From NCBI GenBank assembly GCA_965204495.1, contig OZ241989.1, positions 544,312-608,311 of the forward strand: a DNA stretch of 64,000 nucleotides, in the 5' to 3' direction. Numbering within the stretch: position 1 is the stretch's first letter; every line of letters begins with the position of its first letter. Shown piece after piece: positions 1-9,471 of the stretch. The position numbers and the translations under genes are program-made. The notes below the pieces were generated by a model, which was given only the letters and a program-made list of their open reading frames with translations, ran no database searches and had not been told where the DNA came from. This DNA comes from Candidatus Hopanoidivoransaceae bacterium. GTDB taxonomy: Bacteria > Actinomycetota > Acidimicrobiia > Acidimicrobiales > Hopanoidiivorantaceae.

Positions 1-865
1 CATCCCCCAGTGGCATCCGCTGCGTTTCGCTGAAGACTTCGCCACGATGCACAACCTCTCAGGCGGCAGGGGCGTGCTGGGCGTAGGGCGAGGTACTGTG
101 CCCCGTGAGGCTCAGCCGCTCGGCACTTTCGTAGGCAGCTTTGATAATCCCGACAAAGCAGATGCCGACACGATCAACCGCGAAGTGTTCGACGAGTCCA
201 TGGATATCATCATGCGAGCTTACGAGAGCGACTACTTCTCGTTCCAAGGCAAGCATTTCACTCTCCCTCCGCCGGGCATCCCCGACAGAGGCGGCACCGT
301 GCAAGAGTTGACCTTGGTGCCGAGGCCACTCTACCCGTTCGACACTTGGCAAGCCGTGACCTCCCCGCCGACCTTGGAATATGTCCCCAAACGAGGCTGG
401 GGCGGCGTCTTCTGGCTGAAGAACCACGCCTTCACCAAAGGCTGGTGGGATCGCTTCGCAGAACTATATGAAGAAAATCACGGCCGCGCCTTGGCCCCGG
501 GCGAGAAGCGGATGCTGACCCTGAATGTCCGCACAGAAGACACCCACGAGCAAGCTTGGCAGAAAGCCCGCCCCGGCCACGACGAGTTCTGGAAGTTCCT
601 AGCCCCCTACGGCTGGAGCCGAGGCTATATGGGCAAAGACGGCAAACCCGCCGAACCAGGCCTCACCCCGACACTGGAAGAATCGGTAGAGCAGCGCGTC
701 TGGGTGATAGGCACCCCAGAAGAAGTAGCCGAAGGCATAGCCAAATACCGAGACGAGCTAGGCTTAGCCCACCTAACCATCTTCCCCAACTTCCCCGGCG
801 ACACCTACACTCAAACCGAAGACCAAATCCACCGCTACATGGACCAAGTGGCCCCGCTGCTTTAG
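1..865 (+). CDS. LLM-class (luciferase-like) flavin/F420-dependent oxidoreductase, 5' end outside window
   Basis: The frame is open from the window edge (IPQWHPLRFAEDFAT precedes the first ATG at 47). HPLRFAEDFATMHNLSGGRGVLGVGRG resembles the conserved LLM core (lD.lSgGR..lGlG.G). The remaining length fits the C-terminal ~3/4 of a ~350-aa LLM enzyme. Confidence 0.7.
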   Translation, partial: IPQWHPLRFAEDFATMHNLSGGRGVLGVGRGTVPREAQPLGTFVGSFDNPDKADADTINREVFDESMDIIMRAYESDYFSFQGKHFTLPPPGIPDRGGTVQELTLVPRPLYPFDTWQAVTSPPTLEYVPKRGWGGVFWLKNHAFTKGWWDRFAELYEENHGRALAPGEKRMLTLNVRTEDTHEQAWQKARPGHDEFWKFLAPYGWSRGYMGKDGKPAEPGLTPTLEESVEQRVWVIGTPEEVAEGIAKYRDELGLAHLTIFPNFPGDTYTQTEDQIHRYMDQVAPLL

Positions 866-926
866 AGTTCCGCAAACATGGCATCAGGATGCTCCATCCT
901 TAATGTTGCATAATTACCCCGTTACA

Positions 927-994
927 CGACATTAGGCAGTCCTTAATGTCGCAAAACAGGCTTATTTCACGACATTTAGATGTTATTAATGTCG
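927..994. promoter_or_regulatory. Two copies of a palindromic operator-like site CGACATTW-N9-TAATGTCG upstream of the Fic gene
   Basis: IR1 has arms at 927-934 (cgacatta) and 944-951 (taatgtcg), a perfect 8-bp inverted repeat. IR2 has arms at 970-977 (cgacattt) and 987-994 (taatgtcg), matching 7/8. Both have a 9-nt spacer and their centres are 43 bp apart. There is an extra half-site-like taatgttg at 901-908. All sites lie in the 159-bp gap between the LLM stop (865) and the Fic start (1025). Confidence 0.45.
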
Positions 995-1024
995 TAAAAT
1001 CAGACTTTTTGGATAAAATTAGAT

Positions 1025-2233
1025 ATGTCTTCTGTCTCTGGGGAGCAAAATCCTTTCAGGCCGATGCGCAAGACTGTCGCTGTTTCGGTCAATCCCAGGC
1101 CCGCCGGCGGCACGCTTCGGCGCAGCTTTGAATGCTCTGTCCCTAACCTCATCGCCGATGTCCAACTGGAAGGCAGGCTGTTTCACCCGTTTGAGATCGC
1201 CGATGCCGAGGCTGCTCTGCTGCACCTGAAACACACGGGAAAGTTCGGAGGGTCGCTAGAGGGAGTTTTGCTGAGGACGGAGGCTGTGAGTTCGTCAAAG
1301 ATTGAGGGCATACGCTCAGGAGCGAGAAATTTAGCGAGAGCTGCGGCTGGCGCAGAATCGGATGCGACCACTGAAGAAGTCGCAAACAACCTCACGGCAG
1401 TGCTCAATGCTGTGAAGAACCCGCCGAGGTTCAGCTTGGATTGGATTTGCGACATTCATTCTCAGATCATGCCGAACGAGTCGTTTGCGGGAAAGCCGCG
1501 GACAGATCACATCTTCGTAGGCAGAGGAGACATCGCGACAGCAGATTATGTTGCCCCGCCTGCCGATATGGTTCCAGGCCTCCTAGAAGACCTGCTCGGA
1601 TTTTTGCAAAGAGACGACATCGACCCGATCACGAAAATTGCTGTCGGGCATTCTCAGTTCGAGTGCATCCACCCCTTCGCCGACGGCAACGGACGCACAG
1701 GCAGGGTGATTTCTCTGTCGCTCCTGACGCACAGCGGATTTCCCCCAGTGCCGATGTCTGCTGGAATGCTGGCAGAGACAGAACGCTATTACAAGTCTTT
1801 CAGAGACTACGCGCAAGGCGATCCTGCCCTCTCGGTGCGGATGCATGCATCTGCCATAACAGCAGCAGCCGTGACCCTCACAGAAATCTGGATGCGACAG
1901 ACCGACATCGCCTCAAACTGGAACGACAAACTCCACACAGGCAGAATCGGCCGCCACCAAGCCGCAGCACTGCGCTGGATAGCCGACAACCCAGCCTTCA
2001 CAGTGGCAGGCCTAGCAGAAGCCATCGGCTCCACACACAGAACAGCAGAACGAATAGTCCAAAACCTGAAGAGCCAAGAAATCGCCACCCAATCACCAGC
2101 CAAGATGTCCCGCGACAGCGACAAAACCGGACGCAGCAAGCAAATCTGGGAAATCCCCGAAATCCTAGACCTCTCAGAAGAAGTAGAAGCAACAACCAAA
2201 CGACAAATGCTCAACCAACAACAGCGACTCTGA
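1025..2233 (+). CDS. Fic family protein (AMPylase-type, class II with intramolecular inhibitory helix)
   Basis: HPFADGNGRTGRV is the canonical Fic motif HxFx(D/E)GNGRxxR. The upstream SSSKIEG fits the inhibitory (S/T)xxxE(G/N) motif. The C-terminal segment AALRWIADNPAFTVAGLAEAIGSTHRTAERIVQNL looks like a winged HTH. Confidence 0.85.
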   Translation: MSSVSGEQNPFRPMRKTVAVSVNPRPAGGTLRRSFECSVPNLIADVQLEGRLFHPFEIADAEAALLHLKHTGKFGGSLEGVLLRTEAVSSSKIEGIRSGARNLARAAAGAESDATTEEVANNLTAVLNAVKNPPRFSLDWICDIHSQIMPNESFAGKPRTDHIFVGRGDIATADYVAPPADMVPGLLEDLLGFLQRDDIDPITKIAVGHSQFECIHPFADGNGRTGRVISLSLLTHSGFPPVPMSAGMLAETERYYKSFRDYAQGDPALSVRMHASAITAAAVTLTEIWMRQTDIASNWNDKLHTGRIGRHQAAALRWIADNPAFTVAGLAEAIGSTHRTAERIVQNLKSQEIATQSPAKMSRDSDKTGRSKQIWEIPEILDLSEEVEATTKRQMLNQQQRL

Positions 2234-2369
2234 CAACTAAAGTCACCCCGGCGAAAAGCACAGCGACGTTGGAGATGCTTTGATATCCGGCTACCCTTTG
2301 CCGTCTTCAATGTCATAACTTGAAAAATCCAAAACGAAACCCTGTTCCTCTGCGAACACACAGGAGATT

Positions 2370-3317
2370 CTATTCACTCCACACCTCTGGTGCATGCCCA
2401 CACACCTCTGGCGCATGCCCAGCTACAGAAAATATGGGAGTTTCAGCAAAAACAGACCGCGTGCCATCAGACACAGACACACCAATACGCGCCCGAGACG
2501 ATCCTCGCAGCCACGTAGCAGAAAAACTCTTGCTAGCCGCCTCAGTCATACGAAACATTTTTTTGTAGAACGATCCGCCATTAGTCGAATAAAATACACG
2601 ATAAACCAGATCGTCACCGTCTGCGTCGCTGCCAACCCATGACACACTTATGGTTCCGTCATCATCGAACATATCCCAAGACGGACCAGAAACCGATATG
2701 CTAGGAGCATTCCGCGATCTGGACACACTACCAAGCTCAACACCATCCCTCATAACAGCAAAGCTCTCATACACAGGAGGATCGCTCACAACAAACTCAA
2801 ACACATCGTCGAGCGTACTAAACCGGGTTCCATCGTCTAATAATCCGTCACCTGTGACTGTACGAGCATTAAAGGGCACACTTCTGATCGCCATACCGCT
2901 AGCATCACGCAACTCCAAGACATAATCACCGTCCCCAGAAGCCACAGACGATATTACAGGCTCTCTTACAGGCTTATATACAGAAAATACAGGCCCAAAT
3001 TCAACACTAGCAGCATCAGTCAATGACACAGACCCAACAAATATATCCGAAGACACACTCGCACTTTCCTCAGCAGAACACACATCAACAGCCGACTCAA
3101 TCAACTCCACTTGGGTTGTGGAAGTCGCTTGGGTTGTGGGGCTCGCTTGGGTCGTGGAAGCATCTTGCCGGGAAGTCTCCTGCAACCTCGCTTGGGTTGT
3201 GGGGCTCGCTTGGGTTGTGGGAGCATCTTGCCGGGAAGTCTCCTGAGACGATTCTAGAGCACAGCCGACAGCCAGCAGCATGACAGCTAGCCCGGGCAGA
3301 ATACACTTTAGCAGCAT
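2370..3317 (-). CDS. Secreted lipoprotein, paralog A (Thr/Gln-rich linker plus beta-sandwich-like C-terminal domain)
   Basis: An internal ATG at 3317 gives MLLKCILPGLAVMLLAVGC, a lipobox-like signal. The linker is QETSRQDA-TTQASPTTQA. The C-terminal ~230 aa are roughly 85% identical by eye to the 3810..4817 product (e.g. NAPSISVSGPSWDMFDDDGTISVSWVGSDADGDDLVYRV). The longest ORF extends to 3380. Confidence 0.7.
   Translation of the reverse strand: MLLKCILPGLAVMLLAVGCALESSQETSRQDAPTTQASPTTQARLQETSRQDASTTQASPTTQATSTTQVELIESAVDVCSAEESASVSSDIFVGSVSLTDAASVEFGPVFSVYKPVREPVISSVASGDGDYVLELRDASGMAIRSVPFNARTVTGDGLLDDGTRFSTLDDVFEFVVSDPPVYESFAVMRDGVELGSVSRSRNAPSISVSGPSWDMFDDDGTISVSWVGSDADGDDLVYRVFYSTNGGSFYKKMFRMTEAASKSFSATWLRGSSRARIGVSVSDGTRSVFAETPIFSVAGHAPEVCGHAPEVWSE
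3125..3250. repeat. 63-nt tandem coding repeat x2 in paralog A linker
   Basis: 3125-3187 and 3188-3250 are near-identical (tcgcttgggttgtggggctcgcttgggtYgtggRagcatcttgccgggaagtctcctg...). On the minus strand they encode QETSRQDA(P/S)TTQASPTTQA twice. Confidence 0.85.
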
Positions 3318-3366
3318 AACTGAATGTCCTTGAATACTCGTTTTGTCAAATGGGTTTCCATGCGTC

Positions 3367-3768
3367 TTATCGAATAGCATTTTCTATCACATTATCCGAC
3401 GGCGAGTTCCCGAGCACAGCGTCGCTGCCCGCCCCTGGGTATATCGTGTCTGTCCCGGCGTTGCCTCTGATGGTGTCGTCCCCCGTTCTGCCTGCCACTA
3501 CATCTTCCCCGAAGCCTGCGTATATGAGATCGTTGCCGGCTTTGCCGTCAATGAAATCATCGCCGTCCAAGCCGCATATGACATCATCGCCCGGGGTGCC
3601 AATGAGGTTGTCGCTGTCTCGGGTGCCGGTGATCGTACAGTCAGGGAACACCACAGCAACTTCAGCGGAGTCGCATCTGTAGAGACCATCGCAAATGTAA
3701 TACGAGAAGCTGTCCTCGCCGCCGGTAAACAGTGAATATTCAATCACGGGTCGACCCATCTCTGTCAT
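3367..3768 (-). CDS. Small RTX-type (hemolysin-type calcium-binding repeat) protein
   Basis: GTPGDDVICGLDGDDFIDGKAGNDLIYAGFGEDVVAGRTGDDTIRGNAGTDTIYPGAGSD is a run of GxxGxD nonapeptide-like repeats. No N-terminal signal peptide is evident. The gene sits between the two paralogous lipoprotein genes. Confidence 0.65.
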   Translation of the reverse strand: MTEMGRPVIEYSLFTGGEDSFSYYICDGLYRCDSAEVAVVFPDCTITGTRDSDNLIGTPGDDVICGLDGDDFIDGKAGNDLIYAGFGEDVVAGRTGDDTIRGNAGTDTIYPGAGSDAVLGNSPSDNVIENAIR

Positions 3769-3809
3769 CGCGACTTCGGCTATGCCAAATCTGGGATAGC
3801 GATCAATTG

Positions 3810-4817
3810 TCAGCGTGGAGGCTCATGCCCAGCTACAGAAAACACAGGCGTTTCAGCAAAAACAGACCTTGTGCCGTCAGACACAGACACACCAATACGC
3901 GCCCGAGACGATCCTCGCAGCCGCGTAGCAGGAAAACTCTTGCTAGTATCCTTAATCTTATAATGAAACATTGTTCTGTAGGTCGATCCGCCATTAGTCG
4001 AATAATATACACGATAAACCAGATCGTCACCGTCAGCGTCACTGCCAACCCATGACACACTTATGGTTCCGTCATCATTGAACATATCCCAAGACGGACC
4101 AGAAACCGATATGCTAGGAGCATTCCGCGATCTGGACACACTACCAAGCTCAACACCATCCCTCATAACAGCAAAGCTCTCATACACAGGAGGATCGCTC
4201 ACAACAAACTCAAACGAATCGCTGAGACCACTAAACCGGGTTCCATCGTCTAATACTCCGTCACCTGTGACTGTAAGAACGTTAAAGGGCACACTTCTGA
4301 TCGCCATACCTCTAGCATCACGCAACTCCAAGACATAACCATCGACATGATCACCGCCTCCAGAAGCCACAGGCGATATGCACAGCCGACAGCCAACAAC
4401 ATGTCTGTTCAAAGAAAACACAGGCTCAAACTCAACATCAGCAGTATCAGTCAATGACGTCCATAACACAGATCCTTCAAATACATCCGAAGACACACTC
4501 GCAATTTCCTCTTCCGCATCCGCCTGTCCGCTCGTGGAAGTCGCTTGGGTCGTGGGATTCGCTTGAGTGGTGGAAGTCGCTTGGATCATGGGACTCGCTT
4601 GGGTCGTGGAAGTCGCTTGGGTTGTGGGACTCGCTTGGGTCGTGGGACTCGCTTGGGTTGTGGATGCATCTTGCCGGGAAGTCTCCTGAGACGATTCTTG
4701 GGCACAGCCGATAGCCAGCAACGCGACAGCCAACCCAGCCAGCAACAGTGGAGAAGCTAGACTATCAAAGCACCTTGAGGCTGTGTTGCTGCCCATGCCA
4801 GTACTATATAACAACAA
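3810..4817 (-). CDS. Secreted lipoprotein, paralog B
   Basis: LLLAGLAVALLAIGC is a lipobox-like signal. The linker is a longer pentapeptide array (TTQASPTTQASPTTQATSTTQASPMIQATSTTQANPTTQATS). The C-terminal domain is near-identical to paralog A. The true start may be the ATG at 4796. Confidence 0.7.
   Translation of the reverse strand: MLLYSTGMGSNTASRCFDSLASPLLLAGLAVALLAIGCAQESSQETSRQDASTTQASPTTQASPTTQATSTTQASPMIQATSTTQANPTTQATSTSGQADAEEEIASVSSDVFEGSVLWTSLTDTADVEFEPVFSLNRHVVGCRLCISPVASGGGDHVDGYVLELRDARGMAIRSVPFNVLTVTGDGVLDDGTRFSGLSDSFEFVVSDPPVYESFAVMRDGVELGSVSRSRNAPSISVSGPSWDMFNDDGTISVSWVGSDADGDDLVYRVYYSTNGGSTYRTMFHYKIKDTSKSFPATRLRGSSRARIGVSVSDGTRSVFAETPVFSVAGHEPPR
4541..4663. repeat. 15-nt tandem coding repeat (~8 units) in paralog B linker
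   Basis: tcgcttgggtcgtgg-type units with a 15-nt period encode the (TTQA[ST]P)n pentapeptide array on the minus strand. Confidence 0.85.
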
Positions 4818-4843
4818 AATATCAAATGCCGCCGAATGCCTGC

Positions 4844-6082
4844 TCAGGTCACACCGGTGAAAAACACGGCGGCGTTGGTTATGGGCTGGGATTCGGCTGT
4901 TTTGGTCAGGCCCGCCAAGCCTGAGACACCGGTGGGGCCTGCGGGGATGACGGTGTGCTTGCGGGCCAGCTTTAGGGCATTGCTGATTTGCTTGTCTGAG
5001 ACTACGGGGGTGTGGCCGCCGCTTTCTATTATTCCCCAGGCTATGGGGAGCCAGTCGTATGTTTCATCGTCTAGGATGCCGCTGGCTATGCTGCGGGGTT
5101 CTTGCTCCCAGGGCCACATGTATTCTTCTGGGTGAGAAACTGCTTGGGCGAAGGCTTCTTGAGTGCTGGATTCTGCGATTTTTTCTTGGATTAGGTTTAT
5201 GGCACGGGCTAAGGGGGCACATCCTTGAGTCTGGACAGCGCAGATGCAGGGCAAGTGGTTTAACATCTTGAAATCGCAGGCTTCTTGCAGACCTTGGACG
5301 ACGGAGCTTGCCAAGGCTCCGCCTCCTACTTGCACGAAGAGCCAACTGGGGGGATCATTTTCAGACTTGGCGAATGCTTCTGCTAGCTCCCAGCCCAAAG
5401 TTCTTCCGCCGTCCAGTGTCCAGATGTTCTCCGGGCCTTGAACGCTGAAAGCTACCGCCCCATCTGTTAAAGCCTCTTTGAAGCGCAGGAAAGCGGGATC
5501 TCCGGCTTCGTCTCGCTGTCTTTTGCAGACATTCACTTGCGCTCCCAGACGGTCTAGCTCCGAATGGATTTCCCTTTCAATGCTGATTGGCGCAAAGACT
5601 TCCAACGGCCTGTCGGTGGCTTTGGCAACTATTGCAGCCCCTAATGCGGCATTGCCGCAACTAGCGATAGCGAGCGGCTGCGACTTCGGAACTTCGTCTA
5701 TTGCCAAGTGAAGGACTAAGCCGAACAGATGGCGGGCTTTGTGGGAACTTCCTACATTCGCCGTCTCGTCTTTCACCCACAACTCTGCTGCTCCTGCAGA
5801 CGCTGCCAAATCAGGATATGAATCAAAAGGAGTTACAGAAAAGCCCCTGCCGTCCACCTCCTGAACCGCCTCGTCCAAGCGCAAGACAAGACTCACGAAG
5901 TCTTCGTCGCTCCAGCCTCGCTCTTTTGCCTTGTGGTATGACCAGAGGAGCTTTCTGTAGCGTATGAACGGGTTTTGGCTGGAGGCATCAATCAGCGCGG
6001 AAGTGGCTTCTTCAGCCAAGGCTGCTGCCGCTGGCGGCGCACCTAACCAACCTGATTCCCTCTGAAGCCTTCGCGATGTCAT
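4844..6082 (-). CDS. PLP-dependent enzyme, fold type II (tryptophan synthase beta / threonine synthase-like superfamily)
   Basis: VKDETANVGSSHKARHL is a candidate PLP-lysine motif (GSHK-type). A Gly-rich loop VQVGGGALASS is typical of the phosphate-binding loop. Substrate specificity cannot be determined from sequence alone. Confidence 0.6.
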   Translation of the reverse strand: MTSRRLQRESGWLGAPPAAAALAEEATSALIDASSQNPFIRYRKLLWSYHKAKERGWSDEDFVSLVLRLDEAVQEVDGRGFSVTPFDSYPDLAASAGAAELWVKDETANVGSSHKARHLFGLVLHLAIDEVPKSQPLAIASCGNAALGAAIVAKATDRPLEVFAPISIEREIHSELDRLGAQVNVCKRQRDEAGDPAFLRFKEALTDGAVAFSVQGPENIWTLDGGRTLGWELAEAFAKSENDPPSWLFVQVGGGALASSVVQGLQEACDFKMLNHLPCICAVQTQGCAPLARAINLIQEKIAESSTQEAFAQAVSHPEEYMWPWEQEPRSIASGILDDETYDWLPIAWGIIESGGHTPVVSDKQISNALKLARKHTVIPAGPTGVSGLAGLTKTAESQPITNAAVFFTGVT

Positions 6083-6179
6083 AAGAAACAGCTAACTATC
6101 AAGGGGATTCCAAGGATAGCAAAAACCATCAAAGAAAAGCCAAAAGATAAGCCTTCGCCCGCCGTTGAGTTAGCAACCA

Positions 6180-7727
6180 CTATCCAACCCTGGCAGTGCG
6201 AGCGTTGAACTCAGAAATCGCTTCATCCCACTCGTCATCCAAGAAATGCAAGCGATCCCAGAAAGCTTGCTCTTTCCTCGCCACAAAGTCGTCTATTTCC
6301 ACACCCTGCTGTTCCACCCAAGTGAAATAACCCAAGTTGAAAATGCGATCACGGCCTACTTCCTCCAGAACTTCGGTGTGTTCAGTGTCGGCACCCCAAA
6401 GATGCCGTTCCAGAGCATCGGCAGCATCGCGGGCTGTGAATTCTCCGCCGTAGCGCAAGTCGGCTAGCCTCGGCCGTTCGCTGGCGTAAAGCTCCGAGCC
6501 GTCTGTGGCGACTGTCACTATTACATCTTCGGGGCCCAAGTCCAACTGCTTGGAAGTTTTGATAGCGGCCAAGAGATTGCAGATGCTGGAGAGACCGAAA
6601 TGCGGCAAAGCATCTATCACATTGTCTGCCACTCCCCTGTCGCTCAGCAGCCTTTTGCCTTCATCTGAGCCGAAAGCCATGAACAGGCTATCGGTGGCGG
6701 CATCTGAAACCCCTACCGCCACATCTGTGTTCATGACATTGTGAATGAGAGGGATGTGCTTGTCGCCTATGCCTTGGATGTTGTGCTCGCCGAAGCCGTT
6801 GTAGAGCATCGTGGGGCACTCCAAGGCTTCCACTGCCACTATGCGGCAGTCGCTGTGCCGTTCTTTTAGCCAGTCGCCCGCTCCCAAGGTGCCGGCCGAG
6901 CCAGAGGCTGAGACGAAAGCTGCCAGCTTCAAGCCCGACGCCGCGCCAGACGAGTTGCCAGCACCCTCAGCCATGTTCAGAAACACCCGCTCCAATGCCC
7001 GGCTCGTCACTTCATAGTGCCCCAGATGGTTTGGGAACTCGGCGAACTGATTGAAGATGATGTTTTCGGGGTCGGCATCAAGCTCGGCGCATTTGTCGTA
7101 GATTTCTTTCACATTGCTTTCCGACCCCGGGGTGCGGATGATGTCTTCTTCGGGGTTCGCCACCCAACGCTCCAGCCAAGCGAACCGCTCACGGCTCATG
7201 TTCTCAGGCAGCACGGCCACTCCCCGACAGCCCATGATGCGACTGATGGCAACGCCGCCACGAGCGTAGTTGCCCGTAGAAGGCCAGACCGCCCGGTGGT
7301 GCGTGGGATCAAAAACGCCAGTCACGACCCTAGGCGCCAGGCAGGAATACGCCGCCAAGACCTTGTGCGCCCCGATCATCGGAAAACGGTTGCCGAACAA
7401 AACCGCAATAGGAGACTCCACCCCGGAAAGCTCAGGCGGCACCACCACATGCTCAGGCAGCGGCGCAAACGCAGCATCGTCGCCGAGCTGATTGTGCCAA
7501 TGCACTCGCCAGAGATTGCGGGCATCGGGAATGTTCCTGTCGGCATCAAACAGACCGATCTCGTTCAGCGTCTCGGCAGGAATGTCCAACGGATTAGCCA
7601 GCTCAGAAAATGTAGGCAGACGGATCCCCCTCTCGGCAAACCGTCTGACCGCCCCCTCCAACACCCCAGCATCAACAATCTCGGTAGTAGGCAGCAACGC
7701 CTCACCCTTTAGCTCTTGAGAGTTCAT
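6180..7727 (-). CDS. PLP-dependent enzyme, fold type II, long form (515 aa) with N- and C-terminal extensions
   Basis: [17 protein letters not shown] is a TrpB-like GAHK lysine motif. [12 protein letters not shown] is a Gly-rich phosphate loop. About 100 extra aa at the N-terminus and about 90 at the C-terminus are unassigned. Confidence 0.6.
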   Translation of the reverse strand: MNSQELKGEALLPTTEIVDAGVLEGAVRRFAERGIRLPTFSELANPLDIPAETLNEIGLFDADRNIPDARNLWRVHWHNQLGDDAAFAPLPEHVVVPPELSGVESPIAVLFGNRFPMIGAHKVLAAYSCLAPRVVTGVFDPTHHRAVWPSTGNYARGGVAISRIMGCRGVAVLPENMSRERFAWLERWVANPEEDIIRTPGSESNVKEIYDKCAELDADPENIIFNQFAEFPNHLGHYEVTSRALERVFLNMAEGAGNSSGAASGLKLAAFVSASGSAGTLGAGDWLKERHSDCRIVAVEALECPTMLYNGFGEHNIQGIGDKHIPLIHNVMNTDVAVGVSDAATDSLFMAFGSDEGKRLLSDRGVADNVIDALPHFGLSSICNLLAAIKTSKQLDLGPEDVIVTVATDGSELYASERPRLADLRYGGEFTARDAADALERHLWGADTEHTEVLEEVGRDRIFNLGYFTWVEQQGVEIDDFVARKEQAFWDRLHFLDDEWDEAISEFNARTARVG

Positions 7728-7748
7728 ATATCAATTGTGCCAAACCCA

Positions 7749-8546
7749 TCACAAATTCCCCGTCAAACTCCCCAGATAAAGCCTGCCTATCTTCTCGTCA
7801 TCCAAAATACTCTCCCCCGACCCCTCAAAAACATTGCGCCCCTGATCCAGCACATAGCCCCGGTCGCATATTTGCAGACACGCACGAGCATTCTGCTCCA
7901 CCATCACCACCGACACGCCCGACTCGTTCACCCGCACGATGTTCTCAAACACGGCAGCCTGATTGCCGGGCGACAGCCCCGCAGACGGCTCGTCCAGCAG
8001 CACCACATTCGGGCCGGCTATCAAAGCCCGAGCCATCGCCACCATCTGCCGCTCGCCGCCCGACATCTGGAAGACCCTCTGCTCCCAGCGTTCCCGCAGC
8101 TTCGGGAAAAGCGTGAAAATCGCCTCTTGACGCTCTTTGTTGATCACTTCTTTGTCTGTCTTCTTCTTGACCCACGAACCCATCCACATGTTTTCTTGCA
8201 CCGTGAGAGGCAGGAAGGTGTTGTCGCGCTGAGGCACATAGCCTACGCCTCGGCGCACCAGCTGGTGGGGAGACAGACCTGTGATGTCGCCGCCTCGGAA
8301 GCTCACCGAGCCTTTGCGGATGTCCACCAAGCCGAACATGGCTTTGAGCAGCGTGGATTTGCCTGCCCCATTGGGGCCGACTATTCCTACGATTTCGCCT
8401 TCGTTGAGCTTGAAGGAGCAGTCGTTGAGGATGTCTACACCAGAGACATAGCCTGCTACCAAGCTATGCGACTCCAAGATGGGTGCGGGCTGAGCTTCAG
8501 CCGAACCCTGGGCGTTATCGCCTGTCGATGCTGCCTGCGAAGACAT
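7749..8546 (-). CDS. livF: Branched-chain amino acid ABC transporter ATP-binding protein (LivF-type)
   Basis: Walker A is GPNGAGKSTLLK, the signature is MSGGERQM, and Walker B is VVLLDEPS. The start is chosen at the ATG at 8546, which is preceded by GAGGAG. The longest ORF reaches 8633 and would overlap livG. Confidence 0.8.
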   Translation of the reverse strand: MSSQAASTGDNAQGSAEAQPAPILESHSLVAGYVSGVDILNDCSFKLNEGEIVGIVGPNGAGKSTLLKAMFGLVDIRKGSVSFRGGDITGLSPHQLVRRGVGYVPQRDNTFLPLTVQENMWMGSWVKKKTDKEVINKERQEAIFTLFPKLRERWEQRVFQMSGGERQMVAMARALIAGPNVVLLDEPSAGLSPGNQAAVFENIVRVNESGVSVVMVEQNARACLQICDRGYVLDQGRNVFEGSGESILDDEKIGRLYLGSLTGNL

Positions 8547-8556
8547 CGTCTGCTCC

Positions 8557-9471
8557 TCACTCTTCATCGCTCGAACCGCCTTGCATATCCCCTTGCGCTG
8601 CCATGCCCCCTTGCGTGCTTCCGAGATAGGCATCCAACACGAGCTGGTTTTGCCCGACTTCTGCGTGGGTTCCCTCGGCTATGACCCGCCCTTCGGCCAT
8701 GCAGATCACCCAGTCGCTGACCTTCCGCACAGCCGACATGTCGTGTTCTATGAACAGCACAGTAGTGCCGCTTTCCTTGAGAGTAACGATGTGTTCCAAG
8801 ATGGTCTCGCCCAAAGCGGGATTGACGCCAGCCAAAGGCTCGTCCAGCAGCACCATAGTCGGCTCGGCCATCAGCGCACGGGCCATTTCAAGCAGCTTGC
8901 GCTGTCCGCCCGACAGAGTGCCGGCGAACTCGTCGGCCATGTGGGCGAGCGCAAAACGATCCAGCAGCTCCTCGGCTCTCTTTTTCTCGCTTTTCTCTTT
9001 GCGCCGCCATCTCGTTACATACACTCGGTGCAGCCGCTCGCCGAACTGCCGCTGCGATGCGAACAGCATGTTTTCCATCACGGTGAGACGGGTGAGCGCG
9101 CGGGTGTTCTGGAATGTCCGCACCGCCCCCAAGCGGGCTATCTGGTAGTTGTGCATGCCGGTGATGCGCTGGCTTTGGAACCAGCACGAGCCTTCGTCGG
9201 TGTCGTCAAAGCCGGTGGCGAGGTTGAAGAAAGTCGTCTTGCCTGCTCCGTTAGGCCCGATGAGCGCGGTGATGATGCCTCGCTGGATTTCTATGCTCTC
9301 AATGTCCACAGCCTTGAACGCGCCGAAGGAACGCACCAGCCTGTCGGCGGTGAGAATCGGGTCTGGCTTCGGCGCACCCGGTCGGGATTCCACTGCGAGC
9401 ACGGCATCGGCAGACACGGCATCAGTGGCAGCAGCTTCAGGCATCGCAGCAGACACAGCTTCAGGAGCCAT
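8557..9471 (-). CDS. livG: Branched-chain amino acid ABC transporter ATP-binding protein (LivG-type)
   Basis: Walker A is GPNGAGKTTFFN, the signature is LSGGQRKLLE, and Walker B is MVLLDEPLAG. It overlaps the upstream permease stop, consistent with an operon. Confidence 0.85.
   Translation of the reverse strand: MAPEAVSAAMPEAAATDAVSADAVLAVESRPGAPKPDPILTADRLVRSFGAFKAVDIESIEIQRGIITALIGPNGAGKTTFFNLATGFDDTDEGSCWFQSQRITGMHNYQIARLGAVRTFQNTRALTRLTVMENMLFASQRQFGERLHRVYVTRWRRKEKSEKKRAEELLDRFALAHMADEFAGTLSGGQRKLLEMARALMAEPTMVLLDEPLAGVNPALGETILEHIVTLKESGTTVLFIEHDMSAVRKVSDWVICMAEGRVIAEGTHAEVGQNQLVLDAYLGSTQGGMAAQGDMQGGSSDEE

Noticed and set aside
3343-3743. Plus-strand ORFs (130 and 110 aa) and an alternative minus-frame ORF overlapping the RTX-repeat gene.
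   Set aside because: Only the 3367..3768 minus-strand frame gives the GxxGxD nonapeptide periodicity. The others are shadows.
4541-4663. Regularly spaced short repeats that could superficially suggest a CRISPR array.
   Set aside because: The period is 15 nt with no spacers, the repeats lie inside an ORF, and they encode a pentapeptide repeat. No cas genes are present in the window.
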